Notes under the pieces: model-generated | Told to the model about the DNA's origin: nothing | Databases searched by the model: none | What the model saw: only the letters and a program-made list of their open reading frames with translations | Source: Vermamoeba vermiformis | Lineage: Eukaryota | Direction of reading: 5' to 3' | DNA length: 64,000 nucleotides | Assembly: GCA_045837725.1 (NCBI GenBank) | Contig: JBEWZL010000109.1 | Coordinates: 1-64,000, forward strand | In this document: piece after piece, positions 52,693 through 64,000 of the stretch | Numbering within the stretch: position 1 is the first letter of the stretch | How the letters are laid out: every line of letters starts with the position of its first letter | Program-made: the position numbers and the translations under genes

Positions 52693-52876
52693 GAAAAAAC
52701 AATTTTATTTATATAAATAAAACAGCATTTTACAAATAATATTATTTAATTTGCCCGGCGAGACTTGACTTGTCACTGGTCAGTTATACTAAACTACTTT
52801 CTTTATGTATAAACCTACAACTACCTTACAAGTATTTGTTGCGTAAAGCAATCGCTCGAACTGAGCTCATGAGATC

Positions 52877-54478
52877 TTATGCGATGTACACCCTGAAAAG
52901 ATTATCTTTGTACAACTCCAATAATCTGGTGAATTTGTGTTCAGCTAGCCAAGCAGCTAAATCACGGTCCCAGACCTTTGCGTGACCGGCAAGCAGATAG
53001 GCCGCACGAATGGGGCACTGGTAATACGCTTCAAGAAATCGCACACGCAGGTCGAGTTGCTTGCATTTTTTAAACAGTCTGGTATCGTCATGTGCGATCG
53101 GGCTTGTGGTTACCTCGGCGACAATTACACAATTCGCCTTATCCTATTTAAAGTCCGTAGTGAGTAACTGTATGTATACATATAATATTGTAGTGTAATC
53201 CAGTTCTTACACCGATTAACCGCGGTACTGGATTGGGTCGTGAAGGGCACGAGCCAAAGGCCATCAAGTCGATCTCTAATTCGACCATGTTGTCAACTGC
53301 AATAATAATCTCCATTAGTATTATCATTGCAAAAGGTACATTGAACCTCACCTAATGAACAAGCCGTCGCAAAGTGCGGATCCTTTTCGGTATATAGGCG
53401 GCGAGTCGGGATTTCATGGAGCACTAAGTGCGGGAAGTCGCGACTAACAATTGATTGTAGCTTTTGCTCCATAGTAAGCTCGAACAGCAATCCAATCTTG
53501 TTCTCGGAGCTTGAGCGGTGAGATTCACCCATCGAGATCACATTGTTGAGAGCGTTGATGTACGCCTTACGCTCTTTAGCTTGTTGTTCTGCAAACACCT
53601 CTCTGTCTTTCGCAAACAACTCTCTGTCTTTCGCAAGCATCTCTCCTGCATCGTGTGCTTAGTAAGTAATGAATTGCTACAAATAATTTGAGGGCTGCGA
53701 ACATACTCAGGGTCTGAATAAAGTTCGAGTCAGCGGGTTGACGTTTATCAACTTCGCTAGGGGCTTGTGCGGGTACTGGTTCAGCTACTAACAAGTAAAA
53801 TTAATTCTCGTTGCCCAGTAGATGCGGATCAGAAGCTCTTACCCTCCACGTTGCTCTGCGGCTTGTCATTAGTATTCGACAGGGCTTTAAACGCTATGTT
53901 GGGGCTATGTTGTTTCATTGTAGACCCTTCAATAAATGTAAATGTAAGTGTTTGTCAAGTAAAGACGCAGATTTGAGTCGATCAACTGGAAGTAGTAGAG
54001 GCTCGATCTCCATTTAGAAAGAGTAGCGTCAAATTTACCTTTGCTTGGAGATATACTTGGCGAAGCCTCTTTTTCAGCTTCTGGAATTGTAAGAAGTTAG
54101 TGACGCTGAATCTGGCGGCCAGATTCGAGATAATTGAGTTCAAGAGTTCAACGATAGTTTGCTTACCTTTGAGCGGACTCTGCTTAGGGGACTTTTCTTC
54201 TCGCTTTTGAGCTCTATTTTTCTGGTTTCTATGACCGCCCTTGGGAGTCGCAGGCTTGCCCTGTCCAGCCTAGGTGTCAACAAAGGTTAGACCAGCAATG
54301 TTCTAATATATAAAATATTTATATACATAATTTAAGTATTTCTAGAACTTCTTTCAGCTAACTGGAATGTCAGTACGCGAACGGTTCAATTTCGAAATAA
54401 ATTCGACAAATTATGCAAAATTTCAAACGATTTGAAGTGTTGATCATAGAATTGGTTTTGAGTTACCTGGTCGTTCAT
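52877..54478 (-). CDS. Orphan protein: disordered N-terminus, short coiled coil, PD-(D/E)XK restriction-endonuclease-like C-terminus
   Basis: GT-AG exons join in frame from MNDQ to FRVYIA-stop; motif order IGLLFE...ELEIDLMAF...VIVAEVT...KKCKQL. Confidence 0.6.
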
Positions 54479-55319
54479 GGTATTAAGATAATAGAAATAA
54501 ATTTGCTCGCGTACTGGAGCCAAAAAAAATTCTTTGTTTTGACCAAACGTTGACCAGGTAAAGGCTCTTTCCGTTTGATAATTTGAAAGCCAAAATAATA
54601 TTAATATAGCTTACTAATTTTACCGGACGATACGATGTTTGCAAATAGATGGTGGAAGTTGCTTTAAGATTCGGCGGATTGTTCGATCGGGTTGTATTTC
54701 GTCCACCTTTGTGCCGAGGCTGGGTCTGTTTTAAAGAAATTTTGATGCTGAAATGATACTCTGAATTTCGTCCCGATAGGGCAGCCGAACATCCGTCCAT
54801 TTCGTGCAGTGGTTCCTTGCTTTAAAAAATTGTTAAAATAAATTTTCGTACATTACTGACCAAAATACAATTTTTCCTTCGCATATATTTGCATGTTTGC
54901 GTGTTAAATAAAAATTTTGCTTTAAATCTGATCTTTAGATTCACGGCCTCACCAAGAACTTTAACTCGTATTATGGGCCCATTATGTATGCATTGCAAGG
55001 GTTTGTGTCCCTTGTTAGCGGTGCTCACTGAATTGAACTTGCAAAAAATTTGCGATTTTGCCCTGAATTGCGAAAACACAAATTATTTACCCGAACAGTA
55101 GAAAATCTGGTTTGTGATTTCTACCTCGCGTACGGTATAACGCAGTTTAAAAGTTGTAGTATTGCGTTCATGATAGTTGAAATGTTTACAAAACCTAATT
55201 CCATTTTAAGGCATTACTTGTAATTATTGTTGTTGGTACCAGGTAACTAACATACGCAAGCGAAGCATCTAATGACTTCCCGTTCCTTGTCTTAGCGCTT
55301 AGATTGCGCAGTTGTATTG

Positions 55320-56540
55320 TCACTGTTTATCAGTGTCTCGTTCCCGATTGCGAAGGCCATTGTTCTGAGCCAGGAGGGCACGGGTCTCCGCTATGAGGTC
55401 AGAGGTCTGTGCTATCAAGTCATCGTGTTGTGTTGGGCGGGCACCGGTCTCCAATTTGTGGGGATCTTCTTCAAGTGCGTTGGTGTTGTTGTGCTCACTC
55501 GAAGATGACGCGATCGCACCTTGTGCTTGTTTTTCACGAGTGTCGTTTGAAGTGCCATCTAACAGAAGTTTGTGAGTGCAACCAATGGCAAGCCAGTAAC
55601 TCACCTTCCGCGAGAGTATTGTTTGGTTCCAACCGTTTCTTTTGGGCGAGGCGCCTTGCCCTCTTTTTAGCCTTTTTTCGCTGCTGTTCGGCCAAAGAGG
55701 CCAACTCCGTCGAGGATCTGAGGAGAAAGTAGTTAGATAATGAATTTGCGTCGAACCCAATTGGTTCCGCTTACTTCGGTTGTACTGGTACAACAGGGTT
55801 ACTAAGCAAAGAGGTGACAAATAGAACATTTTTGCAATCGTCTGTATCTTCTGCTGGCGCATAGAACTCGATATGCGACACGAGTTCAGGGCCGATGGTG
55901 TTGTTGGTGACCAATGAGCTAAATATACTGGGCGCCAATCGCTGGATTTCCGTTTGCAGATCTTTCTTAATTGAGCGCGCCTTTATGGTTAAAGAGAGCG
56001 GTAACTGGCCCAAAGATGAGCATATAATTGGAACGACAACTTCACCGTCGCCTGTCGGACTCATGTTAGCGAATCTGAATCTCATCTGATCACAACCTAC
56101 CTTTATCCGTAGCCGCAGCTTTCTCTATGTTATCGCCTAAACCAGGTCATTAGTTTGATAATTAATTGAGGCAATAGACTGACCACCAAAGCAGACAAAA
56201 TCAACAATTCGGCTGTAGCGCTCAAGATCGAAGGTAGCAATGACATGATCGTATCGACTGAGGTCCACGTCTCTTGGAATCTTCTTTATCGGATAAATGA
56301 AGCCCAAATTCTTACCCCATTTGCCTTTGAAAAACTCGGCGGCTGTTGATCGAGCTAACTCCTTTATGTCATGTACCTTAGCAGTCGACTGGCATCTTAT
56401 AGAAGCATTCAACGACTTCTCTAGGTGGTTTTTATAAACCACCAAAACGCTGATTGCTACAAGACGAATGATTAGTTAAAGTAACTGGAGATCTTAAAAA
56501 GAGATCGCATACTTTGATAATTGATGTTGTAACGTTCCAT
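55320..56540 (-). CDS. Orphan protein with two possible ubiquitin-like segments and a C-terminal coiled coil
   Basis: Exons join in frame from MERYNINYQ to RDTDKQ-stop. Confidence 0.6.
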
Positions 56541-56722
56541 TTAGTAGCTCGGCGTATTGTAGCGACTGCAGTTGTTACAAATAGACTAAAGAAACTTACT
56601 TTTTAGACTTTTTTGCCGGCCAAAAAGGATTTTGAGCATAAGCAAAATTGCTCCAAAAGGCGATTGGTATTTTAACGGTTTCTGTACATTCTTATTATTG
56701 ATTTAGCTATTTGTACATTGAA

Positions 56723-59700
56723 TTAGTAGTTCTTAGTAAAAATTTGATCGAAATTCTCGACGCATTTCTGCGCGAAAGTATTTCCGACGGCTGTAGCCGC
56801 AACCATCTCTTCTAATGTCGTCTTATCTGTTCGTAATAGCGCGGGGCCGAATACTATACTCAAGTTCTTAGCGTCCATCTTATTCTTTTCTTTTTGCTCG
56901 TCCACTCGATGCAAGAACTCTGAAATGGATCTTCGTTACAAAAGTACCGAAAATTGCTTAATTTCAGAAAGTACGTACCAAATAGCCTTGCTAATATAGT
57001 ATAACAATCCGGTGGTAGTATATCCATCAAGGACTTCAATTCTGCATTCATAGTCTCCTCATCAGCAATTTCTGTTTTGGTCGTTAGATCTGACGGACTT
57101 CAAGAAATTTCGCTTCGTGCTTACTCAATGCAGCTGCTATTTTGTCGAATAATATCGTAGGAACAATAGGATCGTTCAAGTCTCGGAGATACAGCTTCAG
57201 AGCAGCCGCAACTACAGTATGATTTTCTCCGCTCATATCAGCAGCTTTAAAAATAGAATATTAACGTCAATATTAATGCAATACTTATAATTGTAGCTTA
57301 ATACCTGGATTACTAGTGTATTTTTTGCATGCTTCGCTGACTTGATCCGCATTAGCACCAACGCGGAAAATTCCTTCAGTTTCAATGTCTACGCATGGCA
57401 TAAGTAAGACTAGAAATATTACCAAATATGGAAATACTTACAGCTCTCCAAGAACTTCAAGCACTTGTCGACAAAAGGCACGCTAATCGCAAATGTCTGC
57501 GCGCGTTGAGGAGGCACAAAAGGAATGTTGAAAATTGTTTGACGACGCGGCGAGTTACTTTGCGTGATTTCATCGGACCCTGAAGAGGTCTCAAAGTACG
57601 TCGATGTGCCGCGCTTCTTTAAGCCACTCGAGAACTTGGGACTCGTGCTATAGACACATGTCAACACGAGTATCTAACTGTGAAAAGATGGTTCAAACTT
57701 ACATTCGCAGCGAGCCTCGTTCAGAGCTCGGAGGTGACTGCGTTGAAGAAGAGGCTGAAGAACCTTTAAGCTTCTTGTCCTTGTCTTTGTCTTTCTTTTC
57801 TTTTTTGTCCTTTGGTTTCTTTTTGTCTGAAGTTGATGCAGATATTGACGACGAAGATGAGCCTGAAAGTGGCGTCGAAGGAGAGCGGAGACGGTTGCTG
57901 CTCTGTAATCAAATAATTCGTTAGTGACCTCGCATCATTACAACATGATTGCAGTCGACGTACCTTTCCAAACGGATCACGCGGTGGTGTGTTAACGTCA
58001 GGACGAGGTGTGCTGGCAATGGGCGGAAGTGCGCCTTGCACTGGTGTAATGTTGTTGGTCTTGAGTGACATGGAGCTCGATCCACTCAACGAAGCCGTAG
58101 AGTTCATCAGCGAGCCAGTGGGTGTTGTGGCCGTTGAGGACGTGGCCGAGGATGATTCAGACGGGTAGTTCGGGATGACGAGATTATGCTCCTCAGCACT
58201 GCTTCCTCGTGTGAATAACGAACCAATCTCTTCAATCTTGCGTTGAATCATCTTCTCCGAGGCTGAAATTAACTTGTTCAACTCATCGCGTTGCTTGACG
58301 TATTGTTCGTGCCTCTTCCACAAGAATGTCAAGTCCATCATTAAGCTCTTGCTCTCGGTGCTGTCACCGCCAATTGAAGCACTAAAGACGAGGTCATGAG
58401 TATGTCCCCGTAGATTATAATCCTTCACTTACTCATCGCCTCGTAGAAGGGCAATCTTTTTACGCAAAAACTCCAATTCCATCTCGCGCTCTTGCAATTG
58501 TCTCATCATTGCTTCAGGGCTTTGATGTGGACCTGCAAATTAATTAGCAACAAAGTTCAAAGCAACCATCGATTCCACGCACCACTCTGCAGACTTTCCA
58601 CCTTGTTTTCAACGAGTGCGAGCTTGGTCTGGTATTTCATTCTCTCGTCTTTTTCTTGCTCGTACAATTCTCGCCAAGTGACAGCGGGACTACTGTTTCC
58701 AGGTCCACGGGCTGAATGAACAGCGGTGATCTCGGGTACGTTCAGATCGGATTGATTTGGTATGTTGAGTCCTAGCGGCAGTGATATTGACTGCACGAGT
58801 CCAGAGGCAGGTGTGAGAGTGTTTGGCGGTGGCACAGCGCCGCTTGAATTCAAGTGCACGACGCGTGGACTTGTGGAACCGCTGCGAGGCGTGGTTGGTT
58901 TGGGGACTAGGCCACTCGTGCTGAGCGACATTGACACATCTTTGTGCGTGTCGTCACCAACTGAGACCATGCTCGAGTTCATGCTTTGTGTGTTGGTTCT
59001 CGGTGAACTTAACGGTGACTTGGACTGCTCTGTTGGAAGCGACAGTTCAATCTTTGTTTCTTGCTCGATTGATTCTAGCACGAAGAACACGGGCACAACA
59101 TCTTCAGCAGTACAGTCATGTGCCTGTTTGCACACTTGTTTCGCTGAGAAGGCAAGTGTGGTTGATGGCGGCGTGACCCAATTGCTGTTGTATCCGCCTA
59201 ATATTATCACTCGATCACGCGTTTGTACCAATGAACAGGCTGCACGAGGCAAAGCCGCTGCGCCAGTTGGGTACCACCGCTGCCAAACTTCACGTGCTAC
59301 AAAACGTGTTAATTAACATGGGCACGTGTGATTACAATCAACCGCCTTACTTAAATCAAATAAAAAGAAGTCGTTCAGAAATCCTTCGCTAGCAAGTCCA
59401 CCGTGAATCAACATCTTCGGACCATCTTCCGCGTCAATCATAATAGCCCCATGCTCCGATCTAGCCACAGGTCTGATATCAGTTTTAATCTCCCGCCATT
59501 CTTTCTTCTCTGTAGCAATAACACGGTTAGTAAAGCACTACCAAGGGAATTTGAATGGCTGTCATACCCGTATCAAAGACGTGCAAATCATTGAAATATT
59601 CTGATCCGTTAGTACCACCTAATAAGAATAATCATTAATATAGAGGAGATTGATAAGAATTATTATTTGACGTACCAAATATGTACAGTTTGTGACCGTG

Positions 59701-60725
59701 AACTACGGCTGAATGCTGATACCGCGGACTAGGTGCAGCAGGAACAGATACTTCGTGCCACTCTAGGTCATCTATATATATCATATTTAGTACTTGATTT
59801 TTAATTGACCATAATGTAAAACTGACCTGTGTTGAGAACGAAGTAATCGTTGAATATTTCGGAATCGTCTCGACCGCCGAATAAATGTAAAGTAGTGTTG
59901 ATCGCTACCATTGTATGTCCATATCTATATTATAGTGAGTATTAGCATATGAATATCGATAGCGCTAATAGCGGAGTTTCTGAAGCTCGCGTAACGAATT
60001 TACCTGGCCTTAGGCTTAGCTGTGTCGATACGAGGCTTGTACCACCATAAAAATGCATCTTAATAGTGTTGTTAGAGCGCTGTCATTTTAATAGGTAATG
60101 TGCAGATATGACCGAGATTTACCTTGATTGAGTACATAGATCTCGTTTGATAGCGCTTGATTACGCTCTCCTAAGCCACCAAACACGTACATTTTGTTAT
60201 TAATAAATGTAGATGAATGGTAACTTGTTGGTAATGGCGTAGCACCCGATGTGCGGGCAACTTTCTTCCAAGTCAATTGCTCATCTACAAATAAAACAAG
60301 AAAAAATTATTTTATAAAGTGAATTATTGCATTATTTCAAGTATACAATGTTGCTTCTTTTAATAACGACCGAATCGAAATTTAATGAAAAAAAAATCAA
60401 AAAATCTTTTTGGCTTCGACAATTAAATTTCAAATATGAATCAAATAATCACCATCAAAATTTGAATTCAGCAATGCCAATGAGTATAAAATATATATCC
60501 AAATTTATATTCGATTTAAATAATTTGTCGATCAACCGTTACGAATTAGATGCCCTTACCTGCGCTTAAAACATTAATAGCTCCAGAAAATATCGTCCCC
60601 TCCTCATTAACTTGAGTCTGTCCTCCATATACATAAATATGATTGCTGCCAGGCTTCAAACAAGCTGAATGGCCGTGTAAAGGGAACGGACTTCCCTCAA
60701 TCTCGAGTGGCAACAGCGTCGCCAT
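56723..60725 (-). CDS. Kelch-repeat + coiled-coil + RhoGAP protein, multi-exon
   Basis: Repeated H(S/T)...YVFGG Kelch units; Rho[26 protein letters not shown] and [17 protein letters not shown]. Confidence 0.9.
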
Positions 60726-60911
60726 CTAAATTATAAGGATGAGGTCAAATATAATTACCTCTAGTGTTATAATACAAATAAATACTATCGAAAATGTCCG
60801 GTGGTGACAAATTGAAATTATAAATTTTATCTAACACGTGACTTTTGTGACATCGGTATATCGATCTCTGACAGAAATAGCTGTCGTAATTAAAGCTAGT
60901 ATACTATTTTA

Positions 60912-62192
60912 TTATTTATCAGTCTTTTGTTTTTTCTTCTTTGGTTTTTCGGCCTGATCTTGCTTCTTTTCAGGAGTCTTCTTAGCCTCAGCTTGCTTAG
61001 CAGGCGAGGATTCTTCTTTGTTACTGCCGCTTCTCTTTCTCTTCTTGTCGTTCTTATTTTCTTGAGCTGGTTGTTCCTTCTTCTCTTCAGTTTTAGAGCG
61101 TCAGATCCCTTCTTCTTATCGGCACCATTCTCATTCTTTTTGTTATTTCCCTCTTTAGGTGTCTTTTCCTTCTTAGCAGGGGCATTTTCTGCCTTTTCTT
61201 CTATCTTTTCCTCCTTAGGAGCCTCAGTTACAGCAGGAGCTTCATCTGCTCGATCGACGATATTAGATCTGCCTCTAACATTACAGAATGGTAATAATCA
61301 TATGCATACCCTTCTTCGCTTCGACTGGAGTGTTCAACCACTTGTCAATCTTCGGATCGCTCTTGGCAAAGCGTTCTTTACATTCGGCGATTGAAGACTT
61401 GGCTGTTAATTCAATAGTCAACATATTAGGCTTAGGATTGACCTTCTCGTCTTGGAAATCGACGGCAATTGCGTCCTTCCAGTTTGTAGTACGCTCCTAT
61501 AGCATTAAAGTTAGATAGGTGATGATAACTCGATCTAGGCCACAAACTTACTCCTCGAGCATTCTCGCCTCGCTCTCCGATTTCAAAAGGTGTAGGAAGG
61601 TGTGTTAAAATCATAATGGTGTTCTTGGCCTCATCGATCTGCATCCATTTGAGATCGCCATACTTGATCTTAGTTCGCAGCTTATTTTCAGTTCCTTTTT
61701 TCTTTTCTTCAATTGACACTTGAATTTCTTTAGGATTTTTTGTGAATAAAGCCTTGACCATCAGCTTTGTAAATGCAGTGTCGTTGGCAGAGGCAACCCA
61801 TTTTTTATTCTCGCCGATCTGAATTGATTGAACGAGCAAATCTAATTTATCCTTTGGTTTTTCTTTTTTGGGAATTAGTTTGGGTCTGTCTTCGGCATTA
61901 TCTGAATTAAATAAATTAGTGATTTATTTAGGATCCGATCTGATCTAGCCGTTGCGTGGAATTACTGGAGGATTATAAGTATTCGTATAAATATCATTGC
62001 ATTATATTATTTAACGTTAATTTAAAATTATATTTGAGATAAATATTATTCAGATCGCGATCAAGCCGTACCTTCACGCTCGCCACGACCACCTCTGCCT
62101 CCGCGGCCACCAAAGCCACCTCGACCTCCACGACCACGATCACCGAAGCCACCACGACCTCCGCGGCCTCCTCGACCTCCTCTTCCTGACAT
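60912..62192 (-). CDS. RGG-box protein with a globular core and Lys/Glu-rich tail
   Basis: MSGRGGRGGRGGRGGFGDRGRGG first exon; K/E-rich last exon ending KKKKQKTDK-stop. Confidence 0.75.
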
Positions 62193-62368
62193 TCTTCAGT
62201 GTTGTTGTTCTGTTGATTTTCAAAATAAGTTTTGGATGTCCAACAACGCACCAATACATATGCTGAGTTCGGGTGAACCGGTGAGTTTTTATTATACAGG
62301 CGCACTAAGTATTCAGATGTAACTGAGAAAAATCCGAATAATTAATAATGCGGATGCTGACTCGTCCG

Positions 62369-64000
62369 TCAAACCAGCTTCTTTTGGGCTCTTGCCTTGG
62401 GCTTCTTCAAACCCTTCGGTCTGAACTTGCACGCTTGTTTCAAGATCAAGTTGCCAGTGATGTACTCCATGCAGTACATGCACGGTGAGTTGACGTCGCA
62501 CCAGCTCAAACGCTTGATGCCAGCTTTAGTCTTGCGCGAGGGCATGCCATTAGTGCCGAGCATGTCTGCAATGTTGACGTCGCTCGAAACAGCCTCGTTG
62601 AGGTTGACGATGTTTTCTTTGTCGTCCACCGCGCCGTTACTGCGCAGAGACCGCTTGACGCGCTTGTTAGGCTCGTAGCTGCCGTCAACGTCATCTTCTT
62701 CACGCTTTCGACGACGACCAGGACCGGTAGCCGCGCGAGGTGCAAGAGGCGTAGCAGGCAACGAGACAGACATCTTGAGCGGTGTTGGGACTGCCAATGA
62801 GTTCGAAGTCTTTGAAATGGTGTGATCCTGCACAGCTCCTGAGTGAGCAAAGTCGGACTCGGGACCGCCTCGGAAGTACCGAGTTTCGATCTTAGTTGTG
62901 CCGATCTTCGTCTTGTTCTCAATCTGAACTGTGATGGTCACCAACTTCTCGATCATGTCCTCATCAGCAGGCTCCAAGTCAACTTCCATGTCTGACTCGC
63001 TGCTGGAAGGAATGTTCGGCACAGGCTTGGACAAGCCATCTTCAGGCAATTTCTCGTCAGTGGCGAGCAAGGACGAAGTCGAACTATCCTTGAGCTCCTC
63101 TGTCTTGATCTTGACGTCGGTGGCATCGCTCGAAGACTCGCTGACCTCACTAGTAGCGTTCAAGTCGATCTTGCTAATGTCCACCAACAATTGTGCTTCT
63201 TCAGGCTTTGCCTTGCTCAACTTGGCACGCATCTTAAAAGGCAAGCGGCGAAGGTTACCGTGTTCGATGAACGAAAGGGATCCGTCATTTTCGCTAGTGC
63301 TGTTTTCAGTGTTGTTATTTACATTGCTGTCGATACTGCAGTTGCTGTTGCTGTTCTCGATCTCCATCTCGTTTGATAGAACAGTAACTGTGTTACTCAA
63401 ACGAGTGGGCTCGATCTTGATTGGAGTGGCAGGCAACGACCAAGGCTCTTGCTTCGGAGGGACACGTGACTTTTGAAGCAGTTTTCTTCTGGTCTCAAAC
63501 TTTAGGGAAGCTAAAAATAGGTCGTAAGATTCTGATAAACTAAAATTAGTAAAATCGTTTGAAAACTTACGATAAGTGACGTGGATCTTGAGAGTCAAAG
63601 TGGTGTTGCCTTCAGAATCTGTCTCTTCATTGTAGTGGTGCGGATCATCTTCAGGAACGCAGAAGATGTTGTCCTCTTCGACAGGCTCATTGCTGTTATT
63701 ATTTACAACGATCGATTCGGGTTCTTCGACCGGTTGCAAAGGCAGTAAGTCACCAGAGCTGTTCAGATCCAGGGAATCGCTATTTACAAGTGAATCTTCT
63801 TTCTTTGGCGACGAACTGCCTTCGCAAGTCGAGAGCGGGGTGGTCATTGCATCGGAGGGGCGAGTAGCACTTTCAGAAGTGGTTGTCGGACGCACTTCCG
63901 AAGCGTTGCTGTTCTCAGATTTTACAATCTCTGATGCAGGGGTATGTACAGGGGTAGGGGATGGGAGTGTAGTGGTTTCGGTAATAAGGAGGGTGTTGTC
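62369..64000 (-). CDS. Large low-complexity, probably nuclear protein; 5' end outside the window
   Basis: Open frame of more than 500 aa, S/E/N-rich, with basic NLS-like clusters and a C-terminal Cys motif. Confidence 0.7.
   Translation of the reverse strand, partial: DNTLLITETTTLPSPTPVHTPASEIVKSENSNASEVRPTTTSESATRPSDAMTTPLSTCEGSSSPKKEDSLVNSDSLDLNSSGDLLPLQPVEEPESIVVNNNSNEPVEEDNIFCVPEDDPHHYNEETDSEGNTTLTLKIHVTYRKFSNDFTNFSLSESYDLFLASLKFETRRKLLQKSRVPPKQEPWSLPATPIKIEPTRLSNTVTVLSNEMEIENSNSNCSIDSNVNNNTENSTSENDGSLSFIEHGNLRRLPFKMRAKLSKAKPEEAQLLVDISKIDLNATSEVSESSSDATDVKIKTEELKDSSTSSLLATDEKLPEDGLSKPVPNIPSSSESDMEVDLEPADEDMIEKLVTITVQIENKTKIGTTKIETRYFRGGPESDFAHSGAVQDHTISKTSNSLAVPTPLKMSVSLPATPLAPRAATGPGRRRKREEDDVDGSYEPNKRVKRSLRSNGAVDDKENIVNLNEAVSSDVNIADMLGTNGMPSRKTKAGIKRLSWCDVNSPCMYCMEYITGNLILKQACKFRPKGLKKPKARAQKKLV

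Noticed and set aside
53144-53146. Apparent in-frame TAG in the nuclease-like gene
   Set aside because: It can serve as the intron acceptor (TTTAAATAG) with the frame preserved and a branch-like CTCAC upstream.

Overview
Gene-dense eukaryotic window, most likely an amoebozoan-type protist (the actin sequence looks amoebozoan; introns are short, AT-rich and GT-AG; standard genetic code). About 30 intron-containing genes can be read. They include an ABCA transporter, a GT54/MGAT4-like glycosyltransferase, NOB1, RlmN, an MFS transporter, MGMT, RanBP9/10, F-box/ankyrin and F-box/LRR proteins, a RhoGAP-RasGEF, actin, an acetyl-xylan-esterase-like hydrolase, a TTLL, NAXD, RNase HII, coproporphyrinogen oxidase and a Kelch-RhoGAP. 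Most notable: (1) a 1.33-kb miniature LTR element at the window start, with identical LTRs, a tRNA primer site, a PPT and one orphan ORF, lying just upstream of an ABCA gene that carries an in-frame TAG; (2) an archaeal-style RNase HII with a mitochondrial-like presequence; (3) recurring intronic palindromes and stems (GATC-cored arms, GATCTAGATC, TGACACGTGTCA) between the 5' splice site and branch point; (4) a box C/D snoRNA in a NOB1 intron; (5) a spliced orphan gene with a restriction-endonuclease-like fold next to a gene with possible ubiquitin-like headers. Gene spans run from start to stop including introns and were assembled by eye. Family calls come from motif recognition, not database searches.
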